Shown one piece after another: positions 1 to 13,717 of a DNA stretch of 64,000 nucleotides (its first letter is position 1; each line of letters opens with the position of its first letter). The position numbers were made by a program, and so were the translations under genes. The notes beneath the pieces are model-generated. The model was given only the letters and a program-made list of their open reading frames with translations, was not told where the DNA came from and did not search any database. Source of the DNA: Octopus vulgaris (lineage: Eukaryota); assembly GCA_951406725.2 (NCBI GenBank), contig OX597822.1, positions 46,562,001-46,626,000 of the forward strand, read 5' to 3'.

Positions 1-2026
1 CACCTCTTATGTGTCCATAGTTTACACTGGGTGCAGCAAATGAAATTTCTTCCAACTACTTTCTTACATATTGAGCAGGGCTATTTACCTGACAGAAAGA
101 AAGTTTTATCTTTTTTCTTACTAACAACAACTTTGGTCTTTGGTTAACTTTAAGGCCCTTTGATTCTAGGTTTTGTTTCCATACCTGGAATTTCTTCTCC
201 AATTCTGCTAAAGATTCTGCAATAAGAGCAAAGTTATCAGCATATAGCAGTTCCCAGGGTATCCAGTTTTGAATTCCTCTGTTATGGTCAGGGGGACTAT
301 AATAAATAAGAGTGGGCCGAGAACTGAGCCCTGGTGAACCCCTACCTGTATGCTGAATTCATCACTGCATTCATGTCCGACACTCACCTTACTGACAGCA
401 CCACTGTACATGGCTTGTACAGTTCTAACAAGTCACTCCTCTACTCTTAACTTCCTTAGAGACCACCATATAACAAAGTGGGGAACTCTGTCAAAAGCTT
501 TCTCCAGGTCAACGAAGGCTAAGTACAATGGCTTATTTTTGGCCAAGTACTTTTCCTGCAGCTATCTCACTAGGAAAATGGCACCTGTGGTACTCTTCCC
601 AGGTACAAAACCAAACTGCATCTCATCTAGTTTAATTCTATTTCTAATCAATTGAGCTATAACCTTATCAATAACTTTTATGATTTGGTCTAGCAATTTA
701 ATGCCTCTGTAATTGTTTCTGTCTAAAGCATCACCTTTACTCTTGTAGTAGCTACCTATAATACTTCTACACCAGTCATTGGGGATGGTGCCCTCTTGAA
801 TAACCTGATTAACTATACGGATAACTAAGCTGTATCCTACACCACCAGAGATTTTAATCATCTCAGCTGTGATTCCTGATGGCCTAGGGGCTTTCTCTGT
901 CTTCCTGTCCTTAATTGCTTTATCTCTTATGCTGTTGTCAACTCTAATGGCTGGTCCCTCAATTGGTTCAATATTTAGTAGACTTTCCTTCTTCCATTCA
1001 TTTTCCATATTTTGTAACCCTTCATAGGGACACTTCCATGCATCTTTCTTCTTTGAGTCACTAAGTGCAAGCATATCATTATCCATTCACACACATTTCT
1101 CACCTACCACATCCCTATTTTCTCTGATACACCGCTTTGCAATCCTGAACACCTCACATCTCTGATCCTCATGCTGTAGAACATTTGCAAATCTCTTACC
1201 TTCAGCTACTCCTTTTGCTATGTATACCTGATGCTTAGCTGCCTGATATAATTCTCTGCATCCACCATTTTTCCAGTCTTTCCAGGCTTGTCATTTTGCT
1301 TTTATAGCACTCTCAACCTCCATGCTCCACTATCATGTCACACTTGGTCTATCTGGGACTCTGCACCAACCACAGATTCCATCCATAGTCCACAATAAAT
1401 TGACCCACAGGAACTTCCAGTTATCCTCTAAGCTATATGTCCCCAACTCTTCCTCTCTTTCATCAGAAGCTTCCATTAGGAAACCTCTAAATTTTTGTCT
1501 GTTTGCTGGGTCTTTGAGCTTCCATAGTCTTCTTTTCCAGATTGGTTTATTTCTCCAAGCCTTTCTAACTCTAATTCTGAAGTCACTAACTAGTAACCTA
1601 TATTGGGTTGTACACTCTTCACCTGGGAAAGACTTTGCATTTTTAAGCATCAATCTATCTCGTTACCTGGGGAGGAGGTAGTCAATTTGGCTTATGTGCT
1701 CACCAGACTGATAAGTGATTAGGTGGCTGGCTGGTTTTTTGAAGTTAGTGTTGCAGATCATGAGATCATTTGCCTCACAGAACTCCAGTAGTCTTGTTCC
1801 CTCCTCATTTCTAGGTCCAAAACCATAGCCCCCATGCACTCCCTGGAATCCATGGGGATGATGTCCAACATGTCCACTGAAGTCCCCAGCCACATTAACG
1901 AAGTCTCTATCATTTGCTGTTGAGGCGGTCTGCAAAAGGATCTCATAGAATTGGTCCTTCTGCTCAGACTGAGGAGCATAGGCAGAGATAAATGTAACTG
2001 TTAATTTACCTATTACAAGTCCCATC
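1..2026 (-). mobile_element. Degenerate RTE-clade LINE (APE endonuclease + RT), continuing beyond the left edge
   Basis: Frameshifted ORFs with ISAYAPQ, AGDFSGHVG, RNEEGTRLLEFC, SQIDYLL (APE) and NNYRGIKLL, QFGFVPGKSTT, GVHQGSVLGPLLF (RT). Confidence 0.9.
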
Positions 2027-2879
2027 TTTAAAAAATAATAATAATGAAATTATTGTATGCAGTGCTCAGGTGCACCACAACTTGTCAAAAGTGCATATAA
2101 AGCATGTGCAGTAATGTACAAATGTCTGGAAAGTGAACAGTGTATGAGTCAGATACATGATTGCGTGCGTATAGAGCGGAGAAAATCAGGTGTAGTGTTG
2201 GCGAATCTCAGGAAGCATGGAAATTTTGAAGGATGCAGTGCTCTGACAACCAACAACTGATGCCAGCAGTTTGTTCCATACTTCAGCAACTCTTACCCAA
2301 CCACATGCTCTTACCTTATCTACCCACCTACTCTATCCTTCCTGCCAAGTATTATATGCCTAAATATTTATATTTATATATGTGGTACCTTTAACTGTAT
2401 ATTCCTGTATGAGGAGTATAAGGGGGTATAAGGCTATAATCAAAATATGTATTCACACACACAGCATGGGAAGCGTATGAGTCGCCAAGTGAAAATGTTA
2501 ATGTATGAATTAAAATGGTGGGGGGGGGGGGCATAACGGGTGTACAAAACGGACACTGAGTACAGGCCTTGTGCAAACCAAGTTTACACATCACATAGCT
2601 AGACAGGCTCAGAAGAGAAGCCATAGTATTTAATTATTATTATTATTATCATTAAAATATTAATACTAAATTAATATACAGTCTTTTCTTTTATTCATTT
2701 ACTTGCTTCAACCATCTGACTGCAGCCATGCTGGAGCACCACAAATTGACCCCAGGACTTATTCTTTGTAAGCCTAGTACTTATTCTATCGGTCTCTTTT
2801 TGCCAAACCGCTAAGTGACAGAGATGTAAACACACCAACATCAGTTGTCAAGCGATGGTTGGGAGACAAACAGACACAA

Positions 2880-2918
<39 letters not shown>

Positions 2919-3081
2919 ATGGGTTTCTTTCAGTTTCATCTACCAAATCCACTCACAAGGCTTTGGACGGCCAGAGGCTATAGTAGAAGACACTTACCCA
3001 GGGTGCCACACAGTGGGACTGAACCCAGAACCATGTGGTTGGTAAACAATCTTCATATTATTAAATTTATTGCATACATGT

Positions 3082-3140
<59 letters not shown>

Positions 3141-3759
3141 CATATATGCATATACACACATCATCATAGTGAATGATAGAACCAATAGACTGCCAGTCAA
3201 AATACCTTGTGGTATTAAGTTAAGTCCCTTTATTTTCTGAGTTCATATCCAAGTCAGTCAATTTTCGCCTCCCATTCCTCCAAGGTCAATAGTTTGTACC
3301 AATAATATATTACAAAATAAAATATAAAATAGAATAAGCGCTAAAGACTATATCACCTGGTAGACTATACAACATGTGAGAGACTTTCGTCGTGGGATTA
3401 CTTCATTATACTAAAACACTAATTATGAAACTGGAAATGTTTCAAAATTACATAACGGCAGTTGCTACTTTGTGCATCTGTCTATAAAGGTGCAGGCATG
3501 CTATGTAGTTAAGAAGCCCAGTTTGCAACCACAAGGTTTTGGGTTCAGTTCCACTGCACAGCACCTTGGGTAAATATCTTCTTCTATAGTCATAGGCTGA
3601 CCATTGCCTTGTGATTTAATCTGGTTGATGGAAACTGTGTGGAAGCATGTTCTATATGTGTGTGTTTGTGACTTTGTCCACCACCATCAAACCACAACAA
3701 CAATAACAACAACCATTTGGTTCAGCAAAAGTTATCTGGAAAGTCTGCAAACAAAGTAA

Positions 3760-4165
3760 GCATGTCCCTTAGTGGTTGATGATATGTGCATCTCTGATCA
3801 TGAGCAGGAGTAGTGGGACACATGACAGCCATGTGTTGAGAGTAATTCTTTGGGGTATGAATAATTCACCTCTGGAAATATGGTTGTTTCATCCAACACC
3901 CTTAAACAACCCTTATTCAGGGACCTTTTGAGCGGGATGAGACACTGAACCTGAAGAAAATTCTAACTGGGCCTCACCTGCAAGGTCATGCACTGTTTAT
4001 TTTGATATGAGATCACCCTGTCATGCACAGATGGTTGTGATGCATGTGCCTGGTGTACCCTTATCAGATGAGTAGTCATGATGGCTATACTGGGTTTTGC
4101 ATATTTGTACTCTAGTGTCACTTTGATACCATGCATTGTTCTCTTACTCAATATTAATAATAATA
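3760..4165 (+). repeat. Interspersed repeat ending in (AAT)n; second copy at ~5275-5730, short piece at ~4185-4310
   Basis: The two ~400-bp copies align closely (e.g. cagggaccttttgag, ctgcaaggtcatg, ggtgtacccttatcagatg). Family unassigned. Confidence 0.75.
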
Positions 4166-4312
4166 AATGCCCAGTTGCAATACAAAGCAGTAGCTCTCAT
4201 GGCTTTCGATCTTAACTGATGTTTTGTCTTGGTATAAAAGAAAGGCTATACAGCAAATATTCTGCTCATAAGTGCAGATTTGCTAGTTAGTTGCTTGACC
4301 TTAACCAGTTAT

Positions 4313-4528
4313 CTCTGAAAATGTTTGAAAAACTGAGCAAGTATAAGGATCTGCAGATTGAAATTAGAAGAATATGGCACCGTAAAACAGAACCAAATAT
4401 TATTGGGCAATTGGAATGATATGAAAAGGAACAAACATGTACATAGAACAAATCTCTGACAGTTCCAATTACAAAAGATCGTACTTGTGGGTACCTCACA
4501 TATTCTATGTAAATTCTTCTCCATCTAA
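4313..4528 (+). mobile_element. R4/Dong-clade LINE 3' fragment (restriction-like endonuclease end)
   Basis: EKLSKYKDLQIEIRRIW...IIG..GMI...LQKIVLVGTSHIL, with frameshifts. Confidence 0.7.
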
Positions 4529-4822
4529 ATATAACCTTACTCATTTCAGGTTTCTTTTTTTTCCTCTCACAGACATCAGAGGTGACTCATATTAGTTTGG
4601 CCTTTGACTTGTCTAGTATGGGACACCCGACAAGGAGCTTGCCATTGAGACACACATACCACCATACCACAATAAGGACCGGACTTTGTGATGGATTCAA
4701 TTTTCGATGTCTCTACATCAAATTTTCAATCGCTTCATCAAACCTTAATGCAGCCAAAAGATGAAACTTAAAACCAAGAAAACAATTTTCCACATTCTAA
4801 GGCGAAATGATTCAAGTGTTAC

Positions 4823-4969
4823 CAATTGGGTCAATCCAGATTCGAACTTTATCCAGTTCAATTTCATCAAGCACTTGATCCAGGAGAGGATTATTTGCAC
4901 TTTCTGGCTGGGAACTGATAGCTTGTGCCAAAAGATGGGCTGCTTCATGGTTTCCATGAAGGACTTGGC
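4823..4969 (-). CDS. INPP1: INPP1 third coding exon
   Basis: ctctttttag|GC CAA...ATT G|gtaac, 147 nt, phase 1/1. Encodes (G)QVLHGNHEAAHLLAQAISSQPESANNPLLDQVLDEIELDKVRIWIDPI, which ends in the first part of the catalytic WxDPID(G/S)T motif. Confidence 0.92.
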
Positions 4970-6464
4970 CTAAAAAAGAGAGAGTAGCAGAAATAATAAT
5001 AATAACAACAGCAATAATAATAGTAATAATAATAATCCTTTCTACTAAAGGCACAAGGCCTGAAATTTTTGGGGAAGGGACTAGTCGATTACATCAACCC
5101 CAGTGCATAACTGGTACTTAATTTATTGACCTCAAAAGGATGAAAGGCAAAGCTGACCTTGGCAGAATTTGAACTCAGATCATAGCAACAGACAAAATAC
5201 ATCCGATGTGCTAATGATTCTGCCAGCTTGCCATTTTAATAATGATGATGATAATAATAATAATAATAATAATAAATATTCTGCTCAATACCAGAGGTTT
5301 GCTTGTCAGTTGCTTGACCTTAACCAGTTGAGCATGTTCCTTAGTGGTTGACAATATGTGTATCTCTGATTATGAGCAGAAGTAGTGGGGGAGCATCGTA
5401 GCTATGTGTTGAGAGCAATTCTTTGCGGTTTGAATAATTCACATTTGGAATCACGAGAGTTTCATTCAGCATCTTCAAACAACCCTTCTTCAGGGACCTT
5501 TTGAGTGGGATGGGCTACTCGACCCGAAGAAAATTGTAACTGGGCCCCATCTGCAAGGTCATGTGCTGTTTATCTTAATATGAGATCACCATGTTGTGCA
5601 TGTATGGTTGTGATGCATGTGCTTGGTGTACCCTTATCAGATGGATAGTCATGATGGGTATACTGGGTTTCATATATTTGTACTCCAGTGTCACTTTGAT
5701 TGCAAGTGCTACTTTCTCACTTACAATAATAATCCATTCTACCACAGGTACAAGGCCTGATATTTGGGGGAAAGGACATCTTGATTACATCAACCCCAGT
5801 ACTCAGCTGGTACTTATTTTATTGACCCTGAAAAGCGGAAAGACAAAGTTGATTATTTCTACATTAAGGTGGCTAGTAATGTCTATCTACAAATCCATAG
5901 GTGCCAATTATGAAGGCATGGCTCAGTATTTAGGAAATTTACTTTGCAATCATGAGTTCATGGGTTCAAACCCAATATGTGATATCTTGAGCACGTCTTT
6001 TAACAAAGCCTAGGGTTAACCCAAAGTTTATGAGTAACTTTATGCTGAGGGAAACTGAGGGGAAGCCTGATGGATTGACAATACCTCTACTTTGTTGAGT
6101 ATTTCATTAAAGGTCCAATTATCTTGAAAGGTATGTTACATATATTGGTTATGATAAATGATTTGACAGAAATCCATGGTAAGGGTTTCTTTCAGTTTAT
6201 ATATACCAAATCCATTTACAAGACTTTGTTCAAACTAGGGCTACAGTAGAAGACACTTGCTTAAGGTGCCATGCAGTGGGACTGAACTTAAAACCATGTG
6301 GTTGGGAAGCAAACTTCTTAACCACACAACCACACCTGTGTGAATAAGTCAATAAATAACCAGTGTGAAGACCTGACTCTTACCAGCTCAAATCTCTGTC
6401 TTCAACCTGTTTCTATGAATTAACCCTCTTCACAACACTGTGCCTGCTGCCATATTTCACTTAC

Positions 6465-6582
6465 CTAGCAATTCCACATTTTTCTCCTGGTCTGGCTCAA
6501 TAGTCACACAGATTGTTTCACCTAGGGCATTTGTAAATTTATTGCTTTCCTCACCATACAGGTTCTTACCAAGTCCAGGGAA
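6465..6582 (-). CDS. INPP1: INPP1 second coding exon (not in the ORF track)
   Basis: ctctctag|TTC...CTAG|gtaagt, 118 nt. Encodes FPGLGKNLYGEESNKFTNALGETICVTIEPDQEKNVELL, including the metal-binding GEE motif of inositol monophosphatase-family enzymes. Phase 0 in, phase 1 out. Confidence 0.93.
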
Positions 6583-6659
6583 CTAGAGAGAAATATATAT
6601 ATATTTAGATATTACATTGATCACAACATGCTTCAAGAAAACAATAAATAGATTCAACA

Positions 6660-6803
6660 AGTAAAAGCACTGGTGCTGGTTCCATGTAAAAAGCACTGGT
6701 GCTGTGAGCCGCATAAAAAAACATTGGTGTTGGTGCCACATAAAAAACACTCATGTTGGTTCCACATAAAAAGCCCCGATGCTGGTGCTACATAAAAAGC
6801 ACC
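6660..6803 (+). repeat. ~26-bp tandem repeat variant of the family B unit (similar at 32460-32570)
   Basis: Five to six copies of TAAAAAGCACTGGTGCTGGTGCCACA-like units. Confidence 0.8.
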
Positions 6804-7950
6804 CAGTAGACTCTCTAAAGTGGTTGGCATTAGGAAGGGCATCCAACCATAGAAACCATACCAAAATAGACAATTGGAGCCTGGTGCAGCTCTCCAGTCT
6901 TGCCAGCTCCTGTCAAACCATCCAACCCATGCCGGCATGGAAAATAATAATAATGAGGAGGAGGAAGAGTGTTGAGTCTAATTTTTTACCTTTGGGAAGA
7001 GGTGGCCCATATTAGTCTAGCATGGGAGGCTCTACCAGGGGTTTACACTCTGGCCTATTTCTCAGAATCATTGAGGCATGTAAGCCACCACAGCACAACA
7101 AGAACTGAACTTTATGGTGGTTTCATCCTTTTGGAGTTAATGAAAAAGGATCAATCCAGGGCGGTGGATTTGTAGAACTGTAAGAATGCTTGTGATATAA
7201 AATCTAGCTCTTTGCATTCTGAGTTCAAACCCTATCATGACCTATTTGATGGATTTCACACTATCGCAAGCTTTTGGGCCAGCTCTCTATAATAATACCA
7301 GTAATTACATATACATACAAACACACCCCACAACACATTACCACCATTTATCTTACAGGTGTTCAAACATTCGATTCTACAGAGTAGCAACTAAGGAAAG
7401 AGTCATTTTCTATAACCTTGGGTCAACACAGACCTCTGAGTGCAACTGTGTAGATGGAAACTATGCAGAAGCCTAGAGAATGGATTGTCCATGTAATTAA
7501 ATAGTCCAGCCTTGTTAAACTGTCCCATGCTGATTCCACTTAAGGATTACATTAAAATCACATGTATGTGTGTGTATTTGGAATACTCAGCTACTTAATA
7601 CACTGCTTCAGTGAACTTGATCAAACAAGTGATAACTACTGAGGATAAATTGTTAGTGCTGACTTGACTGGCTTCCATGCCGGTGGCATGTAAAAAGCAC
7701 CAACTAATGGTGGTCGTTGCCAGCCTCCTCTGGCCCCTGTGCCAGTGGCAAGTAAAAAGCACTCACTACAGTCATGGAGTGGTTGGCGTTAGGAAGCGCA
7801 TCCAGCTGTAGGAACACTGCCAGATCAGACAGGAGCCTGGTGCAGCCTCCTGGCTTCCCAGATCCCAGTTGAACCGTCCAACCCATGCTAGCATGGAAAA
7901 CGGATGTTAAAGAATGATGATGATGAGGATGATGATGATGATGATCCTAC

Positions 7951-8160
7951 CTTTTGATCCAGATCATAGCGAACAGTCTCCTGAATCAAGACATCTGCCA
8001 GTGTTTTGAAGTCTTGAACAAATCTTACATTTTTCTGGTTACCAGTTTTCTCTTCGACCAATAAACGGAGCAGGGCATCTTTGGAACGGATAATCATGGC
8101 AATGTTTGATCCTTTCTTGGCTGCATGTATCATTGCAAGCGTTAACTCTGATATCTTCAT
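7951..8160 (-). CDS. INPP1: Inositol polyphosphate 1-phosphatase, first coding exon (70 codons)
   Basis: Translates MKISELTLAMIHAAKKGSNIAMIIRSKDALLRLLVEEKTGNQKNVRFVQDFKTLADVLIQETVRYDLDQK, matching the INPP1 N-terminus (LL.EEK...KN..F..DFKTLADVL.QE). Phase-0 donor AAG|GTAGGA at 7950. A pyrimidine tract and AG acceptor lie 2 nt upstream of the ATG. Confidence 0.93.
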
Positions 8161-9386
8161 TTCTTTAATAAAGAGAAAAGGAGAAGAAAAATTAGTCCTA
8201 ATTATGTTTGCAAAAAAGAAGAAAGAAAAAAAGAGGACAAGATGATGGCAGAACACCACTGATGATGGATGTTTTGAAATGAAGTGAAACCAACACCACC
8301 GTTACCATACACCATCAATCTGATTCAAGGTCTATGAACCGTATCATTCTGCTTTGGGGAATGATGTCAACATTAAAAAAAAGAAAGAATAAAAGAGTAA
8401 AAGGAAAACAAGCAAAGAGTAGTGTGATCAATCATAATTTCAGAATCTTAAAAAACCAGACAAATAATAACTTGTCCGAGTCATAAGGGAGTTGCAACTA
8501 TGTGGTTGCTTAACTTACTAGAAATAGAAGCCAAATTTCTCTCAAAGCAGACATATCCTACAACCTTAAAGAAAAGGTGAGATACACAGGATAAAGGTGT
8601 TCTATGTACATTATTATGTGACATGAAAGAAGAAATGATCACAATTGGAACATCTTTGATCATAGGTCTATTCTATTCATACAGACCAACATCTAAACAA
8701 ATTCTTTGAATGAAGACTAGTTTTTGGAAGCTGCTCAAACTAGGAGGAACCATTATTAAAAATATTTTCTTTGTGTTTTATTTCTTGTTTATTAGAGCAT
8801 ACAATCCATTATTTAAAATATTTTCTGTTGAAGAATGGCAGTTTTTAAAACACAGAATTGCTAAAATTTACATAGAACTGCATAATTAGTAGAGTGACAG
8901 ACAAAACATCTTGTGGTATTTAGCTGCATATCTTTATCAGGGGTGGATTAATACCCATAGAGATGCTAAGCACTTAACAGCATTTGGTACCCTCATATAT
9001 ATGTAATGCAAAATATAAACAATAAGTGGCACGTAAAAAGCACCATTCGAGCATGGGTTGTTGCCAGTGCCACCTGAGTGGCTCCTGTGCCAATGGTATG
9101 TAAAAAGCACCATTCAAGCTTGGTTGATACCAGTACTGCCTTACTGGCCCTTGTGCCAGTGGCATGTAAAAAGCACCCACTTCACTCTTGGAATGGTTGG
9201 TGTTAGGAAGGGCATCCAGCAGTAGAAACTTTGCCAGATTAGATTTGAGTCTGGTACGGCCTTCTGGCTTGCCAGACCTCAGTCAAACTGTCCAACCCAT
9301 GCCAGCATGGAAAGCGGACGTTAAATGACAATGAAGACGAATAAACCATAAAATAAATTTTTATTTTTCAAAATGAAACAAAACAT

Positions 9387-9790
9387 GAGTGGCTGTGTGG
9401 CAAGAATCTTGCTTCTCAACCACAATGTTCCAGGTTCAGTCCCACTGCGTGATACCTTAGACAAGTGTCTTCTACCTCAGGCAGAAGTGTCTTCTGCCTC
9501 AGGATGACCAAAGCCTTCTGAGTGGATTTGGTAGACGAAAATTGAAAGAAGCCTGTCATATATATAAACATACATATATATATGTGTGTGTGTGTATGTA
9601 TATTTGTATGTTTGTTCCCCACCATCGCTTGACAACCAGTGTTGGTGTGTTTATGTCTCCGTAACTTAGCAGTTCAGCAAAAGAATAAGTACTGGGCTTA
9701 AAAAGAATAAGTCCTGGGGGCGATTTGCTCTATTAAAGGTGGTGCTCCAGCATGGCCACAGTCAAATGACTGAAACAGGTAAAAGAATAA
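9387..9790 (+). mobile_element. tRNA-derived SINE family A, representative copy (about 20 full or partial copies, e.g. 2685-3045-, 14325-14705-, 15590-16240-, 31735-31980-, 53420-53720-, 58275-58680-, 59130-59525+)
   Basis: Head GTGGCTGTGTGG...GGTTCAGTCCCACTG (A/B-box-like), internal TA/TG microsatellite, and tail GGTGCTCCAGCATGGCCACAGTCAAATGACTGAAAC. Confidence 0.85.
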
Positions 9791-10624
9791 AACTAACAGT
9801 AAGATGGAAAATAATATTTATTTTTGTATATTTCCTCTTTATTATTTATATTTGAAAAATTTTCTCTGACTTATTTTAATTGCAAAGTCTTTGATCAGAT
9901 CCATGAACTTTGAAATTATATTTCCAATTATATAAACCACTTTGAATATTATTTTACCATGTTTAAAGTGATTTCTTTTGTACCATAAACTATTTACCAT
10001 TTTTGTGGTGCCCCTCCACTTCCCTTGATGTCCTAAACATGTGCTCATTTTGCTTAATGGTTAATCCAGTGTTGATCTTAATGTTCTGACTTTCAATACC
10101 CTTGGGTGTTACTTTGCTTTCACACTTCCGATTTTGATACAGTAAGTACCGGGCAAGTACTAGGTTTGACCTCATCATCATTCAACGTCCACTTTTCCAT
10201 GCTGGTATGGGTTAGGAAGAATTTGTTGAGGCAGATGTTTTGTAGCGGGATGCCCTTTCTGTCACCAACCTTCACCTATTTCTAGGTAAGGTGACATTTC
10301 CTCATAGCCAGACTTGTTTTTCCCCCAAAACTGGAAACAGACAGAATCACTTGTATGAAGGTGATAGTTATTTACAACCATACACACACACACATACACA
10401 TCTGTGGTTTGGGCCTAGATACAGTGTCTGAATAAAATATGGGCAGGGATGCTCCTGTCTGAAATGTCTTTAACTAAGAATGCTGGACTACAATGTGCAT
10501 TGTAACTGTGTGACATTGCACATAGTACTGCGTTTAAGTTTTATTTTCCCTGGGAAAATCATAACACCCCTAAAACTCCAGTATTTCCCCTAGTTCCCTC
10601 TTGATATCCCCCTACCCAGCATCC

Positions 10625-11165
10625 ATCATCATCGTCACTGTCGTTGTTTAATGTCCACTTTCCATGGGCTGGACGGTTTGACTGAGAACTGGCAAGCCAG
10701 AAGGCTGTACCAGGCTCCAATCTGATCTGGCAAAGTTTCTACAGCTGGGTACCCTTCCTAACGCCAACCACTTTGAGAGTGTAGTGGGTGCTTTTTACAT
10801 GCTAGTCAGGCGCTACTGGCATCAGCCATGACAATGACCAGTTGACTCAACAGGTCTTCACAAGCACAGTTTATTGTCCAATGATTGAAGTGTACTCTTA
10901 AATGGGCTGGTTATGTTGCACTGATATAGGCCACAGTTACAGTCTCACTTGGCTTGCTGGGTCTTCTTAAGCACAGCATATCTCCAAAGGTCTTGGTCAC
11001 TTGTCATTGGCCTCCGTGAGGCCCAACGTTTGAAGGTTGTGTTTCACCACCTCATCCCAGGTTTTCCTGCGTCGACCTCTCCCACAGGTTCCCTCTACTG
11101 CTAGGGTGTGACACTTTTTCACACAGCTGTCCTCATCCATATGCAACAAATGACCATGCCAGTGC
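10625..11165 (-). mobile_element. RTE 3' end (C-terminus + 3' UTR)
   Basis: LHWHGHLLHMDEDSCVKKCHTLAVEGTCGRGRRRKTWDEVVK followed by the family B UTR. Confidence 0.85.
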
Positions 11166-12997
11166 AATAAGGGGCTACAGCTCTCACACCTTTCTTTAAC
11201 TGAAACCTTGGAATAGAGAGAGGAAAAAAGGGTGGGGTACAGATTGAGATAGCAAACCACTGAACACAAATTAAATTGTCATATCTTTTCTTTTTTATTC
11301 ATTTCAGTCACTGGGCCGTGGCCATGCTGGGGCATCACCTTCAAGGATTTAGTTGAACAATTTGACCTCACTATTTACTCTTTTAAGTTCAGTACTTATT
11401 CTATCAGTCTCTTTTCTAAAACCACTAAGCTACAAGGATACAAACAAACCAACATACACACACATATATATTTATATGTACATATATGCTTGCGTTTTAG
11501 AGTTTCCATCAATCAAATTCCCTTGCAAGGCATTGGTTGGTCCAGGTCATCAGTAGAAGGTACTTGGCCAAGGTGTTGTGCAGTGGTTTTTTTTTTGTTT
11601 ATAAAATAAATTAGGTGTTTGTAAAATGCCTTTCAGTGAAAAGATGTACTGAGCGAGAAAAGGCCGAGACCCATCAACTCAGAGATGCTTTTGGTGTCTG
11701 CTGGATTACTTCTGGTTCCCTGACATATTTAGCATTAGAGGGTCAAAGTGGCAAAGGTGGGAGGAAAACAATCCAGTGCTGAGAGTATTTTCTAGGGAAT
11801 AAATATAACCCCTTGTCTACTTATGAACTAACAGTTTTAACTGGTGATGGTACCATGTAAAAAGTACCCAGTACACTCTGAAAAAAGGTTGGCATTAGGA
11901 AGGGCCTGCAGTTGTAGAAACCATGCCAAAACAGACAATGAAAGCTAGTGCTGTTCCTGGCCTTGCCAGCTCCTGTCAAACCATTCAACACATGGAAAAT
12001 GGATGTATGATGATTTTAATGGAAAGTGATATCCTTTTTCTTTTTAATCCCTTCCCTCCCAATGGAGCATAGACCATTGACATTTTTCTACTGTTTTCAA
12101 CTCAGGACCATCTTTACGAAAGGCATAAAAAATTTCACAGAAAAAGGTTTCAATGTTTGTTGAGCAACACATGGTGCTCTTGTTGAGTGCATACTACTTT
12201 AAAATAAACTTTAAACCCTCCCCTATCAAGAAATATGTAGAATGTGTTTGTGTCTCTTACTGTTTGTTTTAAAAATAAATTTTAAATCTGCTCTTTCTCT
12301 TTGAATAACCCTGTATATTCTTTACGGGAAATTTTTTTGAATATGTGTATCAAAGCTCCTATTTTATTATGCCGGCTACAGCCTGAAGATACCAATTACC
12401 AATACCAGTTTTTTTGGGTTACACTGAGCTGTGCCGATATAATGTAGGATAAATATAGTAATAATAATAATCTATGAATGAAATCTATAAACATTTTAAT
12501 TCATCACTACGCATGTTTCCACAAATCCAATGTTTCTTATGATGATAGTCCGTATTTCCTGGGATGATTACTGTACAGTCCTTAGTATCCTTGGACATCA
12601 AGTGGATGTCTTGTCTTGGCAGCATGTGATGGTTGTAAATGAACATCACCATCATACAAGCAGTGTTGTTCATTTCTCATCTTCCATGAAAAACATCTCT
12701 AATTTTAGGAAATATGTTTAGAAGCAGGTGAGAATCAACAACAGGAAGAGTACCAGGCTGCAGAAAATTGCTCAATAAATTCCATTTGACCCATGCAAGT
12801 ATGGAAAAGTGAGCGTTAAATGATGATGAATAAATTCTTTCTCTAAAACAATTTTTGTTTCATTTAATGTCTTAGCAGAATTGTTTGTTAAATATATGTA
12901 TGGGTTCTGGATTTTTGAAAAATCATACAAAGGTTTTGTAATTAGTTTGGGAGCCACCAACCTAAAAGACCACGATGGTAGAGTAGAATGTTTCTAA

Positions 12998-13205
12998 GGC
13001 AGCGGGCTGGCAGAAACATTAGCACACTGGGTGAAATGCTTAGCAGTATTTCGTCTGTCTTTATGTTCTGATTCCACTGAGGTCGACTTTGCCTTTTATC
13101 CTTTAATGGTCAATAAATTAAGTACCAGTTGCATACTGGGGTCGATCTAATTGACTGGTCCCCTCCCCCAAAATTTTAGGCCTTGTGCCTAGAGTAGAAA
13201 AGAAA
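12998..13205 (+). mobile_element. SINE with Meta/MESC-like central domain (other copies ~5035-5230-, 30400-30620-, 50570-50730-)
   Basis: GGCAGCGGGCTGGCAGAA head, core GTCGACTTTGCCTTTTATCCTTT...AAATTAAGTACCAG and an A-rich tail. Confidence 0.7.
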
Positions 13206-13489
13206 AAAAAAGAGTAAAGTGTTTCTGTTATTGACACACATGCAGCCTTAACCAAGGCATTTAAAAAAAAAGTCTGGCCTAGTGTATCTCAAACTACATC
13301 TTCTAATGTTGCCTTTTTAAAGATACTAGGATGTAATTTGAGGAAGATTTAACTGCTATATCTAGTAGGTTGGGTGACCATGTAAAGACTTCTTTGCTTA
13401 GTAGGAAGGTTAGCTCATGTACTAAACTGAGCAACAACTATTTTCTAACCAGTGCTGATCAAAAGCTTTTCAGCACGATAAAACCATCT

Positions 13490-13717
13490 TTAACCCTTCA
13501 GCATTCAGATGACTCTGCCAAATGTAACCCTTATTGATTCACATTGTTTTCAATTAACCGTGTATTAATTTGTAGCTTTGAGATTTTGATGATGTGATTA
13601 TGTATTTTTAGCATGATGTTGTAGGATAGGTGTAAGAAGCCAAATCTGGTTTGTTTGAACAAAAATCAGGTAGAATATTTAGGCCAGATATGGCTGGTTT
13701 AACTGCCAAAGGGTTAA
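13490..13717. mobile_element. TTAA-flanked piggyBac-type MITE
   Basis: TTAA-CCCTTCAGCA...TGCCAAAGGG-TTAA termini. Confidence 0.75.

Noticed and set aside
3420-3480. Fourth INPP1 exon (phase-compatible cag|AT acceptor)
   Set aside because: Translation gives DAQSSNCRY... and a stop rather than the expected D(S/G)T..Y motif.
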